DNA from: an uncultured Planctomycetota bacterium
Lineage (GTDB): Bacteria > Planctomycetota > Planctomycetia > Isosphaerales > Isosphaeraceae
Assembly: GCA_963823665.1 (NCBI GenBank)
Contig: CAWGMQ010000004.1
Coordinates: 640,001-704,000, forward strand
Direction of reading: 5' to 3'
DNA length: 64,000 nucleotides
Position 1 is the stretch's first letter. Every line of letters starts with the position of its first letter. Positions 40,536 through 53,843 of this stretch are shown here, in pieces. The notes below the pieces were generated by a model. The model was not told the origin of the DNA, did no database searches, and was given only the letters and a program-made list of their open reading frames with translations. Made by a program: the position numbers and the translations under genes.

Positions 40536-42878
40536 ATGATCGATGCAGCCCGTTCCGCAGGCCGATCGCTTCGTCGCAGGCTGTTCCTCGGCGGGATTGC
40601 CATCGGAGCGATACTCCTGTTGCTCGCGCTGGTCCTGGAGCGGAGAATCCATGCCCGTTCCCGCACTGCCCTACCCGGCGGTCAGACAACGAGCCAAAGC
40701 GGCGCCGGCCGCCCCAGCGGCCCCGGCTCCAAACCAGCGGCCCGGCCCCCACTGGTGTACTTGCCGCGCAGGCAGGTCGACACCGGTGGTTTCGCGTCAA
40801 TCATGGGCCGCCTGAAACGCTGGAGCGCGAGCGCAACGCTCGAAGAAATCGCCGAAAGCTGGCGCGACGAGCCCGCTCGCAACCTCAAGCGCATTGACCG
40901 CGAACTCGCCGATCCCGGCAAAACAGACATTGAGAAACTGCAACTACGCCTCGAGCGGGCCACGTTCTTGAATTTCAAGGGTGACCCCAGGGCCAGCTAT
41001 GACGCACTCGTCCAGACGCGGGCTTGGCTCGAGACAACCGATCGACCGGCCGAGGTCGGTCTCTACAGTCTGATCTTTTTCCAGGGCGTAAGCGCCCTGC
41101 GGCGCGGCGAGACCGATAACTGTGTCATGTGTCGCGGCGAAAGCTCGTGCATCTTGCCTATCGCACCCGCGGCCGTGCACACGCAACCGGACGGGTCTCG
41201 GCTGGCGATCGCGCATTTCACCGAGTATCTCACAAAGTTTCCCGACGATCTCGCGGTCCAATGGTTGCTTAACCTCGCCTACATGACTCTGGGTGAATAT
41301 CCCCAGAAAGTCGATCCTCGATTCCTGATCAAGCTCGATCATTTCTTGAAATCGGAAGTTGATATCGGCAAGTTCCGCGATATCGGCCACGCCGCGGGAG
41401 TCGACCGATTCAACATGGCCGGAGGCTCCGTGCTGGAGGACTTCGACGGCGACGGCTTGCTCGATCTGGCGGTCACTTCGTTCGACCCGACGCTGCCGAT
41501 GGTGTTGTACCACAACAATGGCGACGGCACGTTCAAAGAGCAGACCGAAGCCGCCGGGCTCAAAGGGCAGCTCGGCGGCAAGAACCTGGTCCAGACCGAT
41601 TTCAACAACGACGGCCGGATGGACCTGTTCATCTCCCGAGGCGCGTGGCTTCCCTACGCGATGCCGCAGTCGCTCTTGCGAAACAACGGCGACGGAACCT
41701 TCACCGACGTGACCAGGGCCGCCGGCTTGGGCGAGCCCGTTGATTCCACCGCGTCGTGCTGGGCCGACTACGATAACGACGGTCTGCTCGACGTCCTCAT
41801 TCTGACCGAGCTTCAGGGCAACCGCCTCTACCACAACCGCGGCGACGGCACATTCGAGAATGTCACCGCCAGGGCAAACATCGGCAGCAACCCGCGGCGC
41901 TATTGCAAGGGTGCCAACTGGATCGACTTCGACAACGACGGATTCCCGGATCTGTTCGTGGACCACTTGAACGGGACCGCGGCTCTCTACCACAACAATC
42001 GGAATGGGACCTTCAGCGATGTCACCGAGTCGATGGGGATCGACGGTCCGCAGATCGGTTTCTCGTGCTGGGCGTGGGACTACGATAACGACGGCTTCCA
42101 GGACATCTTCGCGACCTGTTTCGACTACTCGATCGAAGACATCGTCAAGGGGATGATTGGCCAAGGGCACAAACGCCTCTCCAACCGGCTCTTGCACAAC
42201 GTCAAGGGAGAGCGATTCGAGAACAAGACGAAGGAGGCAGGCCTCGACCTGGTCTTCGCCGCGATGGGCAGCAACTTCGCCGACTTCGACAACGACGGCT
42301 TCCTCGATTTCTATCTCGGGACCGGCGATCCAGACTTGACCACACTCGTGCCGAACCGGATGTTCAAGAACTTGGGCGGCACTCGCTTCGCGGACATCAC
42401 GGCCAGCTCCGGGACGGGTAACCTCCAGAAGGGCCACGGAGTCGCCTGCGCCGACTGGGACCGCGACGGCGACGTCGACCTTTTCATCGAGATGGGCGGC
42501 GCGACCTACGGCGACCAGTATCACAATATCCTGTTTCAAAACCCAGGGCAGGGGAACCACTGGCTCACCGTCAAGCTGCAAGGCGTGAAGACGAATCGGC
42601 CGGCCATCGGTGCGCGGATCAAGGTTGTGACCACAGGCGAGCGCCCGCAAAAGATTCACCGCCATGTCTCCTCCGGCAGTAGCTGGGGAGCGAATGCGCT
42701 CCAGCAGACGATCGGCCTCGCCCGCGCACAGAAGGTGGCCGTGCTCGAGATTTACTGGCCCACGAGCGGAACAACCCAGACGTTCCACGACATCGCCGCC
42801 GACCAGGCGATCGAGGTGACGGAGTTTGCCAAAGACTATCGCAAACTCGACTGGAAACCGATTCCGGCGCCCAAGTGA
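40536..42878 (+). CDS. CRTAC1/ASPIC-UnbV protein, class B (Cys-motif N-domain)
   Basis: TM anchor; RRGETDNCVMCRGESSCILPI; WLLNLAYMTLGEYP; DxDxDG repeats; LQKGHGV; IYWPTSG. Confidence 0.94.
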   Translation: MIDAARSAGRSLRRRLFLGGIAIGAILLLLALVLERRIHARSRTALPGGQTTSQSGAGRPSGPGSKPAARPPLVYLPRRQVDTGGFASIMGRLKRWSASATLEEIAESWRDEPARNLKRIDRELADPGKTDIEKLQLRLERATFLNFKGDPRASYDALVQTRAWLETTDRPAEVGLYSLIFFQGVSALRRGETDNCVMCRGESSCILPIAPAAVHTQPDGSRLAIAHFTEYLTKFPDDLAVQWLLNLAYMTLGEYPQKVDPRFLIKLDHFLKSEVDIGKFRDIGHAAGVDRFNMAGGSVLEDFDGDGLLDLAVTSFDPTLPMVLYHNNGDGTFKEQTEAAGLKGQLGGKNLVQTDFNNDGRMDLFISRGAWLPYAMPQSLLRNNGDGTFTDVTRAAGLGEPVDSTASCWADYDNDGLLDVLILTELQGNRLYHNRGDGTFENVTARANIGSNPRRYCKGANWIDFDNDGFPDLFVDHLNGTAALYHNNRNGTFSDVTESMGIDGPQIGFSCWAWDYDNDGFQDIFATCFDYSIEDIVKGMIGQGHKRLSNRLLHNVKGERFENKTKEAGLDLVFAAMGSNFADFDNDGFLDFYLGTGDPDLTTLVPNRMFKNLGGTRFADITASSGTGNLQKGHGVACADWDRDGDVDLFIEMGGATYGDQYHNILFQNPGQGNHWLTVKLQGVKTNRPAIGARIKVVTTGERPQKIHRHVSSGSSWGANALQQTIGLARAQKVAVLEIYWPTSGTTQTFHDIAADQAIEVTEFAKDYRKLDWKPIPAPK

Positions 42879-42902
42879 GCCAGCGGTGATCCGCGACCGG
42901 TG

Positions 42903-44180
42903 TCAGTGCGCGAGCTTCCACCTGGCTTCCCTGATCCGCCCGAGAAGCTCTCGCGCAGCCGCAGCGCCTCCATCGCCTCGTCCTCCGCCCCCGCGAGCTG
43001 CCCCCGACCCAAACATTATCTTGGCCAGACCATAACGCGCGTCAAACGAAGTAGGATCGAGCCGAACGGCTTCGGTCATCTCGACCAGAGCCTCGTCACG
43101 ACGGCCTTGCTCATCCAGGATGGACGCCAGAAGACGGTGCGCGTCTGATGCGCCCTGGTCAATCGACAAGGCCGAGCGCACCTCGCGCAAAGCGTCGTCC
43201 TGCCGTCCCAGCGCGTAGAGCACCTTGACCAGGCCATGGTGCGCGTCCGCAGACCCCGGCGAGGCTCGAACCTCCGCCGCAAGACGGTCGGCAATCGTGA
43301 CCCACAGCCTCTCCGGGTCATGCCACATTTTGCATTGAGCCCAGGTCGCCGGGACGATCAGCAGACAAAGGCAGCTTCTCGAGCCAGACCCTGCGGACCG
43401 CGGGTCGGAACACGCCGCCAGGGACGCCTCCGCGAAGGCGCCGCAGCGGGTAAACATCGAGTATCAGGAACACGATCGGCAGGCGCACGGCTGTCGCCTT
43501 GCAGAGCATGGCAGCCAGCGCCATGAGCCAGCAGATCGTCAAATGTCAGGACCCAGGATCATCCCCGCGATCGGCGCGGAGGTAAGCCAGAACAGCCAGC
43601 AGCCAGAAGAGACCACAGGGAAGGTACGTTTGACACGAGGCCCAGGCCACAGCCTCGACGCGCAGCGGATGCACCGCGAAAAGCGCGGCAGCCACGCCCG
43701 CGCCGGCTCGCCGATCAGATGGCCGAAGTTCGGGCCGGCTCCGCGCCAGCAACTCCACCGTGACGAAGAAAAAAACCACGGTGTTCGCAACGTGAAACGC
43801 CAAACTCATGAAGTGATATCCCCGCGGATCAAGCCCCCAAAGCGCGCTTTGGACAGAAAGGATCTGCCAGCCCAGTGGTTGATAGATCCCGATGATGTGG
43901 GCCCGCCAAGACCAGGCAAACTGCCGCCAGCCGATTCCGAGAAAGTCGCGGTTATTCAGGAATCCTCGACATCGTCGAAATAGACGAAATCGTTGCCGAG
44001 CACCGGGACAAACGCGATGAACGTGAGAAACACGAGCGCGACCGAAATGAAGGCCATGCCATCGGAGGCCAGCGGCGCTCGGCCCAATCGCGCTTCCGTT
44101 CCCGAAGGAGCCCCCGCTCCCGAAAAACCTGCGCGATGCCCCTCTTCCAGGGGATGCTTCCGGCTCGTTTCAGCTTGCAT
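42903..44180 (-). pseudogene. TMTC-like (GT-C membrane glycosyltransferase + TPR) gene, broken and internally shortened
   Basis: NDFVYFDD, YQPLGW, GLDPRGYH, ALFAVHPLRVEAVAWAS, LCKATAV.LP, VWLEKLP, then directly Q..MWHDPERLW and TPRs. It is split over four frames and the central TM block appears to be missing. Confidence 0.72.
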
Positions 44181-44391
44181 TTCGACTATGTTCGGCTAAA
44201 TCGCATGCCGGTTCACTTCGGCTGGTCGCAGATCGCTGGGGCAGGCCAATTCTGCCCAGCCTCACAGCGACCGAAAACGGGCTGCAAACCGCACGTTGGC
44301 CATACACGAAGACCAGATAGCCAGCGGCCTCAATGGCGCCGCTACGTCGGCCTGGCGGTTCGCCCGGACTGCTTCGCCGCTGAGCTCGCGT

Positions 44392-46246
44392 TCATTTCTG
44401 CGGCGGCATGCGCTCCGGGCGTACCGCTCCTTCGCGCAGCATCCAGCCTGTGTCGGTAGCGAGGTCCTTGAAACAATCGACCTGGCCTGACGGCCAGCGG
44501 ATCGTCACCTCGCCTGCCGACGTGGCATCTCCCAGCCCGATCGTCAGCCGCGGGTCGTGCGAGGAGCCGTAACTCGCCCCGCCCTTGCGCTGGCGCACGA
44601 TCGTGCGACCCCCAGAGCGGATTTCCACCCGGGCCCCGATCGCGTCGCGATTGCTGCGAGTGCCTTCCAGCCGCAGCCGGATCCAGTGGTTCTTCGTCGG
44701 CGTGTCGTTTCGCAACAAGGCCGGCGCAGCGTCCTTGTGGTTGATCACCAGGTCGACGTCGCCATCATTGTCGAGATCGCCCTGGGCAACGCCTCTGCCG
44801 ACGTGATCGGAGTCGAAGTAGGCCCCCACGGCCCGCGTCGCCAGCGTGAATCCCTTGCCACCGTGGTTGCGATGAAGGAGCGGCGGCTGGGCGTACTGGT
44901 GGAAGAACCGGCTCATGAGACGCAGGTTGTCGTCGATATGACCGGTGGTTGCGAAGCAGTCGGGCCAGCCGTCGCTGTCGAAATCGGCCAGCGAACATCC
45001 CCAGCCAACCCACGAAATCGTGTCGTGATAAAGTCCGGCGGTCCGCGACCGATCCTCAAAGAGCCCGTTGCCCAGATTAACGAAAAGGGCACTGCCCTCA
45101 GCCCAGAAATTGGTCACGAAGACGTCGGTGCGGCTGTCGCCGTCAACGTCTTCAGCCTCGACACCCATGCCCGCACGGCTTTGCCCCTGCGGGCCGAAGC
45201 CCGCGCCTGAGCTCTGAGTGACATCGTCGAAGGTGCCGTCCCCGCTGTTCAAGAAGACGAAGTTCGGACACATGTCGTTGGCGACGTAAAGGTCGATTCG
45301 GCCATCGTCGTTCAGGTCGGCCGCAACAACGCCAAGGCCGCGGCCGTCGCTGCGCGAGACCGGCCTTTTCCGTCAGGTCCGTGAACGTGAGATCGCCGTT
45401 GTTGCGGTAAAGCGTATGCCTTGCCGGCGTGATCGACTTCGGCGAACAGTAGATCCGGATTTTTTCAGGCCCAGGCACGTCCGCCGCCTTCGAGCCCCCG
45501 CAAAACGCGTCGTTCTCGGGAAGCTTCCACTGGCCATAGTTGGCCACGTAAACGTCGAGGTGGCCGTCGTTGTCGTAATCAAGGAAAGCCGCGCTGGTTG
45601 ACCAGCCGGGCCGATCGAGGCCAGCGGACCTGGTGATGTCGACGAATCGGCCCTCGCCCATGTTCAAATAGAGAACGTTCGAACCGTAGTTGCAAAGGAA
45701 GACGTCCGGGTCGCCGTCGTTGTCGACATCGCCGACGGCAAGACCCTGGCAGTAGCCCGCATAGTTCAGCCCGCATCGGACCGTGACGTCTTCAAATTGG
45801 TTGTTGCCGCGATTCCGATACAGCCGGTTCGGTCCAGACCGGAACGACCCGACCGGCAGGCGCGTCGCTGTTGCAAGATAGAGATCGGAGCGGCCATCAT
45901 TGTCATAATCGAAGATCGCAACCCCGGACCCGTACGCCGTGGGGAAGTGCTTTGCCTCCGTCATGCCGGAAAAATGGACAAAATCGATGCCGGCGGACGT
46001 TGCGATCTCGGTGAATCGGAATGGGCTCGGCGGCTGCCGGACGGTCGGGTTGGCCCGAGCCGGCATCATGTCGGGCCCGATGGCGGCACCGGGCACGGCC
46101 GGCGCGGCCACTTCGAGCGCGCCAGACGGCGGCGCCGCGCTGAATTCGCGAAGGTACAGTGAGAGCGCAAAAGCGGCCAGAAGCAGCCCGAGCAGCGCGA
46201 TGCGTTTTCGGGGAAGAGATGTCCGCCCCGAGTTGGGGCTTTTCAT
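44392..46246 (-). CDS. CRTAC1/ASPIC-UnbV protein, class C; frameshift near 45353
   Basis: PPSPFRFTE, HFSGMT..KHFPTAYGSG, ANDMCPNF, GGASYGSSHDPRL; colinear with the intact paralog 55515-57431. Confidence 0.92.
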
Positions 46247-46575
46247 TGCTCGCAGAATTGGTAGCATTGGTATCCGCGCACTGATTGGATGTGCGCAGGG
46301 CGGACGGAGATGTCAAGAATAATCGTCGCGCGCGATCACAAGAAACTTGCCGCCGCGCCGGCGGTTAGCGCTTATGGTAGAATAGGGTTATTGGACGACG
46401 GACGCAACGGGCTGGAGTATGCGCACGGCCTCACAGTGGAGTGCTCCTTGCAGCGCGCGCCGGATCACGGTCTGATCGCCGTCCTGTCTGATCACTTTAT
46501 TTTCGTTCGTGCTTGAGTGTTCGTTCGTTCAATTTCATTTCGTCGTTTGGTCTTTTTCTTCTTGGAGGGTCGTCG

Positions 46576-47698
<1,123 letters not shown>

Positions 47699-47806
47699 GC
47701 CGTTTTCCGAGGAATCGAATCGTGATAACTTGGGCTCCGTCTTGCGAGTTCCCCGGAACGGGGGCCCGCACGGCGGAGCCGTCTCATTTGTGGATCTCTA
47801 GATCAC

Positions 47807-48808
47807 ATGACCGCCGGACCAGCCATCCGCTGGGGAATACTGGGCTGTGCGCGCATCGCCCGGCGTGGATTGATCCCGGGCATCGCACGGTCGAGCCAGG
47901 GCATGCTGCACGCCCTTTCCAGCCGCGACCTTGCCGTCGCCCGCACTTGGGCACGAGAGTTCGGAATACCCAGGGTGCACGGCTCTTATGAGTCGCTCGT
48001 CACCGACCCCGAGATCGACGCCGTCTACATTCCACTTCCAAATGAGCTGCACCGGCCCTGGCTGATCGCCGCCGCAGACGCGGGTAAGCACGTACTCTGC
48101 GAGAAACCACTCTCGCTCGATGCTCGCGAGGCGCGCGCCATGGTCGAGCACGCCCGGAATCGCGGCGTGATCTTGATGGAAGCCTTCATGTGGAGGCACC
48201 AGGAGCGCACACTCCGCCTCCGCCAACTGGTGCGCGACGGCGCGATCGGCGACCTCCGGCTCGTTCGAGCCTCGTTTTCATTCCCGATCGCGCCCGACGA
48301 CTGGCGACTCGATCCCTCGCGAGGCGGTGGGGCGCTCTGGGACGTCGGGTGCTATGGTGTGAACACGGCTCGCTTCTTCGCCGGCGAAGAGCCGCGCCGA
48401 TTCCATGCGCTCGCGCAATTCGGGCCCACCGGCGTCGATCTGAGCCTGGCGGCAACTCTCGAATTTCCAGGCGGAGTGCTCGCGACCATCGATTGCAGCT
48501 TCGAACAGCCCTTCCGTTGCCATTACGAGCTCTCCGGCACCCGCGGCCTGATCGATGTTCCGCTCGCGTACTTGCCCGCCGCCGGAACCAATCCAACGGC
48601 AGCTCTCATCAAAATCCGCTCCGATAAGAATGCCGACAGCCGGCCTCAGGGTTCAACACTTCTGGAATTCGAGCCGATCGACCAGTACACCGCGATGGTC
48701 GATCACTTCGCACAGTGCGCCTTTGCCGGCACCCTCCTCGACCCAGGCGAAGACGGGCGAGCCCAGATGCTGGCGCTCGAGAGCATTCTCGCATCCGCTC
48801 GAGCCTGA
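47807..48808 (+). CDS. Gfo/Idh/MocA family oxidoreductase
   Basis: RWGILGCARIA, DAVYIPLPNELH, GKHVLCEKP, GGGALWDVGCY. Confidence 0.95.
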   Translation: MTAGPAIRWGILGCARIARRGLIPGIARSSQGMLHALSSRDLAVARTWAREFGIPRVHGSYESLVTDPEIDAVYIPLPNELHRPWLIAAADAGKHVLCEKPLSLDAREARAMVEHARNRGVILMEAFMWRHQERTLRLRQLVRDGAIGDLRLVRASFSFPIAPDDWRLDPSRGGGALWDVGCYGVNTARFFAGEEPRRFHALAQFGPTGVDLSLAATLEFPGGVLATIDCSFEQPFRCHYELSGTRGLIDVPLAYLPAAGTNPTAALIKIRSDKNADSRPQGSTLLEFEPIDQYTAMVDHFAQCAFAGTLLDPGEDGRAQMLALESILASARA

Positions 48809-49157
48809 CACCAATTCGACAGTTTCGTAAAATGCGCAGCGACCGCGCGACACTCTCAGGCCAGTCGCATCTAGAAGAGCAGGGACTCGCGCAATCCAGG
48901 AGTCCTGGCTCACCGCTTCGCCTACCTCGACGATCGCGCATTTAATAGCGCGTTTGTGCTTCCCACGCGCATCGGTGCGCGCCGTTCTCGCCCTTCAGAT
49001 TCATTCCGACCTCCACCACAGGAAAACCTTCGAAACTCCGAAGGAATTCGGGCACGCGCGCGGAGCAACGTCGCAAGAAACAAACAAATGTAACTTGCGT
49101 TGCGCCAAACTGGCTTGCCGCTAGGTTGCGCCGACGACATCGATTCGAGGGTTACCG

Positions 49158-51439
49158 ATGAGTAAGCCGTCCCACGGCTCGTCGAACCGCGCTGCCCTCT
49201 TCATGTTGATCGGGCTTTCCGTCTTGGTCGGCATCGCACTCGTGGTTCTGGTGCTCGGCTCGCACGGCCTTCTTGCAAAACGTTTCCCAGGGTCGACTGA
49301 GCTACGGCGGACCTTCGAGCCCCGTCGACGGATGGATTCGAGCGGGTTCACGAGCGTTGTGGAGAATCTCCCGCGTTGGCGGCCCGATTCGACGCTCGCG
49401 GAGCTGAGCGCGACCTGGAAAGATGTGGGACGTGCAAACATCGCAGAGATCGACGGCGTCCTGGTAAACCCCACTGTCTCGGCCAGCGATCGATACACGC
49501 TCCTCTTGACCAAGGCCATGTTTCTCAACTACGAGGGAGATGCTCGCACCGCGTACGACCTCCTCGCGCAAACGCGGGCCTGGATCGATAGCGAGCCCGT
49601 CGTCGCCGCGCAAGGGCTGTACACGCTGATCTACTTTCAGGGAGTCACGGCACTCAGGCGCGGCGAAACAGATAACTGCGTGATGTGCCGCGGCGAAAGT
49701 TCTTGCATCGTGCCCATCGCACCGGCCGCCGTCCATTCCGACGCGACCGGGTCGCGTCAGGCCATCGCTCATTTCACTGAGTATCTCGAGCAGTTTCCGG
49801 ATGATCTCGACATCCGCTGGCTGCTGAATCTGGCGCACATGACTCTGGGTGAATATCCCGACAAGGTCGATCCTCGTTATCGCATTTCGATCGACCGCTT
49901 CGTCAATTCCGAGTTCGATATCGGCAAGTTTCGCGACATCGGCGATCGCGCCGGAGTGAATCGCTTCAATATGGCCGGCGGCGCCGTCATGGAGGATTTC
50001 GACAACGACGGCCTGCTCGATCTGGCCACGACTTCGTTCGACCCAACGATGCCGATGGCCCTCTATCGCAACTCGGGTGACGGTACTTTCGCCGAGGCCA
50101 CCGAGGCGGCCGGGCTCCTCGGTCAGCTCGGAGGCAAGAACCTGGTTCAGACCGATTTCAACAACGACGGGCACATGGATCTATTTATCTCGCGCGGAGC
50201 GTGGCTCAACGCTCCGATCCGCCAGAGTCTCCTGCGCAATAACGGCAACGGCACCTTCTGCGACGTGACCGGCAGCGCGGGCCTTCTTGACCCCGTGAAT
50301 TCGACTTATTCGTGCTGGGCTGATTACGATAACGACGGCTGGGTCGACGTTTATGTCATCTGCGAGCAGCAGACTAACCGGTTGTACCACAACCGCCGCG
50401 ATGGAACCTTCGAGGAAGTAAGCCGCGCGCCGGCGTGGAGGGAGACGCGCGATGGTTCTGCAAGGGTGCCAACTGGCTGGACTACGATAACGATGATTAT
50501 CCAGATCTTTTCGTCGACAACATGAAAGGGCCCGTGAAGCTCTACCACAACCAGCGTGACGGCACGTTCGCCGACGTGACCGAGTCAATGGGAATCGACG
50601 GCCCGGAGCTCGCATTCTCTTGCTGGGCCTGGGACTATGACAACGACGGCTGGCTCGACATCTTCGCGACTTCATTCGACTATAGCGTGGGCCCCGTCGT
50701 CCAGGGCCTCTCCGGAAAGCCCCACAGCCGTCCCTCCAACCGGCTCTGGCGAAACTCCGCCGGCCGGAAGTTTGAAGATCGCACCCGCGGATCGGGGTTG
50801 GACGTGATGCTCGCCGCGATGGGATCGAACTTTGGTGACTTCGACAACGACGGCTGGCTCGACTTCTATCTCGGCACGGGCGCGCCCGACCTGAGCGTCG
50901 TTGTTCCCAATCGCATGTTCAAGAACGTCGAAGGCCGGCGATTCGCTGATATCACAGGCTCGTCCCGTACCGGAAACCTTCAGAAAGGTCATGGCGTCTC
51001 CTGTGCCGATTGGGATCGCGACGGCGACGTCGATTTCTTCGTCGAGATGGGAGGCGCAACGCCCGGCGATCGCTATCACAACATCCTCTTCGAGAACCCG
51101 GGCTGTGGAAACAACTGGCTGAGCTTGAAACTGACCGGGCGGAAGACCAATCGAGCCGCGATCGGTGCACGAATCAAGGTCGTGACCAGCAGCGACCACC
51201 CGCTCACGATCCACCGCCACGTCAGCTCTGGTAGTAGCTGGGGCGCCAACCCGCTCGAGCAGCACATCGGATTGGGCAAAGCCGAGCGGATCGCTTCTCT
51301 AGAGGTCCACTGGCCCGCAAGCGGCACGACCCAGGTCTTCCATGACTTGCAAGCGAACCAGGCGATTCGCGTGACCGAGCTTGAAGATCACGTCCACGTC
51401 CTCCCCCGCACGCCGGTCCGCTCCGCGTCGCTCCGATGA
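49158..51439 (+). CDS. CRTAC1/ASPIC-UnbV protein, class B; frameshift near 50428
   Basis: RRGETDNCVMCRGESSCIVPI; colinear with 40536-42878 across ORFs 49158 and 50435. Confidence 0.92.
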
Positions 51440-51494
51440 ACTTCGAGACAGCGATATGACCGACCAGGATCCGGCCGCTCAATTCGAGATTCCA

Positions 51495-53843
51495 TCACCG
51501 CGCATCACCCGGCTCTCTCGGTAGGCGGCGGACGCGATACTCGGCTGCTCCCTCGGTGATCTCGATCGCCTGGTCAGCTCGCAGGTCGCGAAACGTCTGG
51601 GTCGTCCGGCTCGTGGGCCAGCGCACCTCGAGTTCGGCCACGCGCGAGGAGTCGGAAAGGCCGATTAACTGTACAAGGCTATTGCCCCCAGAACTGGAAT
51701 TATTGCCGACCGTGCGGACGATCGAGCGTCTCCGGCCATCATTTGACTTCACGACCACTTGGATCCTGGCGCCCAGACCGGCACGGTTCGTGCGCGTGCC
51801 GACCAGCCGAACCTTGAGCCAGTGGTGATCGTGGCCCACGCTCCGAAAGAGCAGGTTCCGCGACCGGTCGCCGGGTACCAGACCGCCGGCTTGGACGAAC
51901 AGATCGAGATCCCCGTCGTCGTCAAAGTCAGCACATGAAATGCCTTGGCCCTTCTCCATGTGGCCGGTGTGCGATGCTGTTGTCGCGTCCTCGAAGCGCC
52001 CGCCGTCGATATTCCTGAGCATCGTACTGGGAAACAACCCCGAGCAGCCCTGCCAGCCGTTCCCCGCGTACAGATCCAGAAAGCCGTCGTTGTCGAAATC
52101 GCCGAAGTTGGCGCCAAGCACCGGAATCGGCCGGGCCAGACCCGCTTCGCGGCTGATCTCCCGAAAACCGCCGGTCTCCAGGTTCCGGTACACAAAGGGA
52201 TGACTCGTCGTTTCTCCCGGAAGCAAGAGCGCCAGCGCCACGGTCTGTGCGAAGCCGGTCTGGCGCTCGGCGACGAAGAGGTCGAGCTTACCGTCGTTGT
52301 CCAGATCCCAGAACCAGCAGCAATGACCCGACTGCGGGCCCGTCACGTCGAGGCTCGGGGCCACGTCCCGGAACCGGCCAGCCCCCTCGTTGTGGTAGAG
52401 CCGGCTCCCGGCGTTTTCATTTGCGACGTACAGATCGAGCCGGCCGTCATCGTCGTAGTCGCCCCAGGCCGCTCCCCGGGCGCACCGGTCATTGACGACC
52501 CCAGCAGCCGCCGCCACGTCTCGAAACGTGACGCCTCCTTCGTTGCGATAGAGCCGGCAGCGATTGCGCGGATCCGGCGCTGCCGTCTCGCCGTCGCGCT
52601 TGCGCGCGCGGTACTCGCCGCACACGAACAGATCGACCCAGCCGTCGTTGTCATAATCACCCCAGGCGGCCGCGCCCGCGGCAATCGGCTCGCCCAGCCG
52701 CGCGGGAATCGTCACATCCTTGAAGCGACCGTCCCCTTCGTTCGCAAGCAGCGAGAGACGCATCGGCCGGTCTCCCGCGCCGCGCAAGAGCACGACGTCG
52801 AGATCGCCGTCATTATCGAAGTCAGCGTGCACAACATTCGCGGCATGGACCTGCTCCGCGAGGCCGGCCCGGTCTGAGCGATCCTCGAACGTGCCATCCC
52901 CGCGGTTGATGAATAAAGAAGCCCCCCGGTCTGTATCGAGCGATGCAATAAACAGGTCCGGCAATTGATCACCGCTGAAATCATCGAAGACGCTCCCGCC
53001 TGCCTGGTTCGGCCCCCAGACGTTCAAGCCCGCCCGTTCCGCGACGTTTTCGAATCGACCAACTTCTGCCCGTGATTGAAAACCGTCGAGCCTGATCAGA
53101 TACTCAACCGGCACCTTGGCGGGATGCTCGCCTAGCTTCATGTAGGCGACGTTCAGCAGCCATCGCACCCGAAGATCCTCCGGCCACTCCTGGAGATACA
53201 GGCTGAACCACTTGATCGCTTCGCGAGAGCCCGACTGCAACGCGTGAATCGCCTGAGCCGCGATCGGAAACTCCGCGCTCGCGAGGCCAGGATACTTGAG
53301 GGCATTTTCGACTTCACCCCTGCGAAGCGCGACAACTCCCAGGAGTGCCGTCATGGCAGCGCGGTCTCGCGCAGCAATATCGCCGGGCCTCCCGAGCTCC
53401 CGCGCTTTTTGCAGTGCAAGCGACGCTTCGGAATACCGGCCTCCGTACAGTTTCAGCAAGCCGATCTGATGCAGGAGCCGCGCCGCCGCGGCGACTTCCT
53501 CTTTCGGCGCCCGGAATCGCAGCCCGGTCTGATCAGACTCTGCCTGCAAGACCGCGAGCGCGAGGTCGCCCCTCATTGCGACGGATTCTCGAAGCTGTTC
53601 AAGCGATCCCTGGTCATGGATCGGAGCAGTGAACTCGCTCGCTAGCTCCCAGCCGCTGTCCTCGAGCGCGTGCTCGTCAAATCCGTCGATGCGATCGGGC
53701 CGCCGCTGCGCGGGCGCTCTCAGGTGACGAGCGTTCGTCTCATCGCGCACTCCGGCGACCCTGATCATCCAGCCTACTCCGCCGCCGAGCGCCAGACACA
53801 CACAACCGAGGGCGACGATGATGGCTCGGGCGCGCCGCGTCAT
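51495..53843 (-). CDS. CRTAC1/ASPIC-UnbV protein, divergent class B
   Basis: RRGEVEN..., WLLNVAYMKLGEHP, DxDxDG repeats, TNRAGLGARI, VRWPTS. Confidence 0.93.
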   Translation of the reverse strand: MTRRARAIIVALGCVCLALGGGVGWMIRVAGVRDETNARHLRAPAQRRPDRIDGFDEHALEDSGWELASEFTAPIHDQGSLEQLRESVAMRGDLALAVLQAESDQTGLRFRAPKEEVAAAARLLHQIGLLKLYGGRYSEASLALQKARELGRPGDIAARDRAAMTALLGVVALRRGEVENALKYPGLASAEFPIAAQAIHALQSGSREAIKWFSLYLQEWPEDLRVRWLLNVAYMKLGEHPAKVPVEYLIRLDGFQSRAEVGRFENVAERAGLNVWGPNQAGGSVFDDFSGDQLPDLFIASLDTDRGASLFINRGDGTFEDRSDRAGLAEQVHAANVVHADFDNDGDLDVVLLRGAGDRPMRLSLLANEGDGRFKDVTIPARLGEPIAAGAAAWGDYDNDGWVDLFVCGEYRARKRDGETAAPDPRNRCRLYRNEGGVTFRDVAAAAGVVNDRCARGAAWGDYDDDGRLDLYVANENAGSRLYHNEGAGRFRDVAPSLDVTGPQSGHCCWFWDLDNDGKLDLFVAERQTGFAQTVALALLLPGETTSHPFVYRNLETGGFREISREAGLARPIPVLGANFGDFDNDGFLDLYAGNGWQGCSGLFPSTMLRNIDGGRFEDATTASHTGHMEKGQGISCADFDDDGDLDLFVQAGGLVPGDRSRNLLFRSVGHDHHWLKVRLVGTRTNRAGLGARIQVVVKSNDGRRRSIVRTVGNNSSSGGNSLVQLIGLSDSSRVAELEVRWPTSRTTQTFRDLRADQAIEITEGAAEYRVRRLPREPGDAR

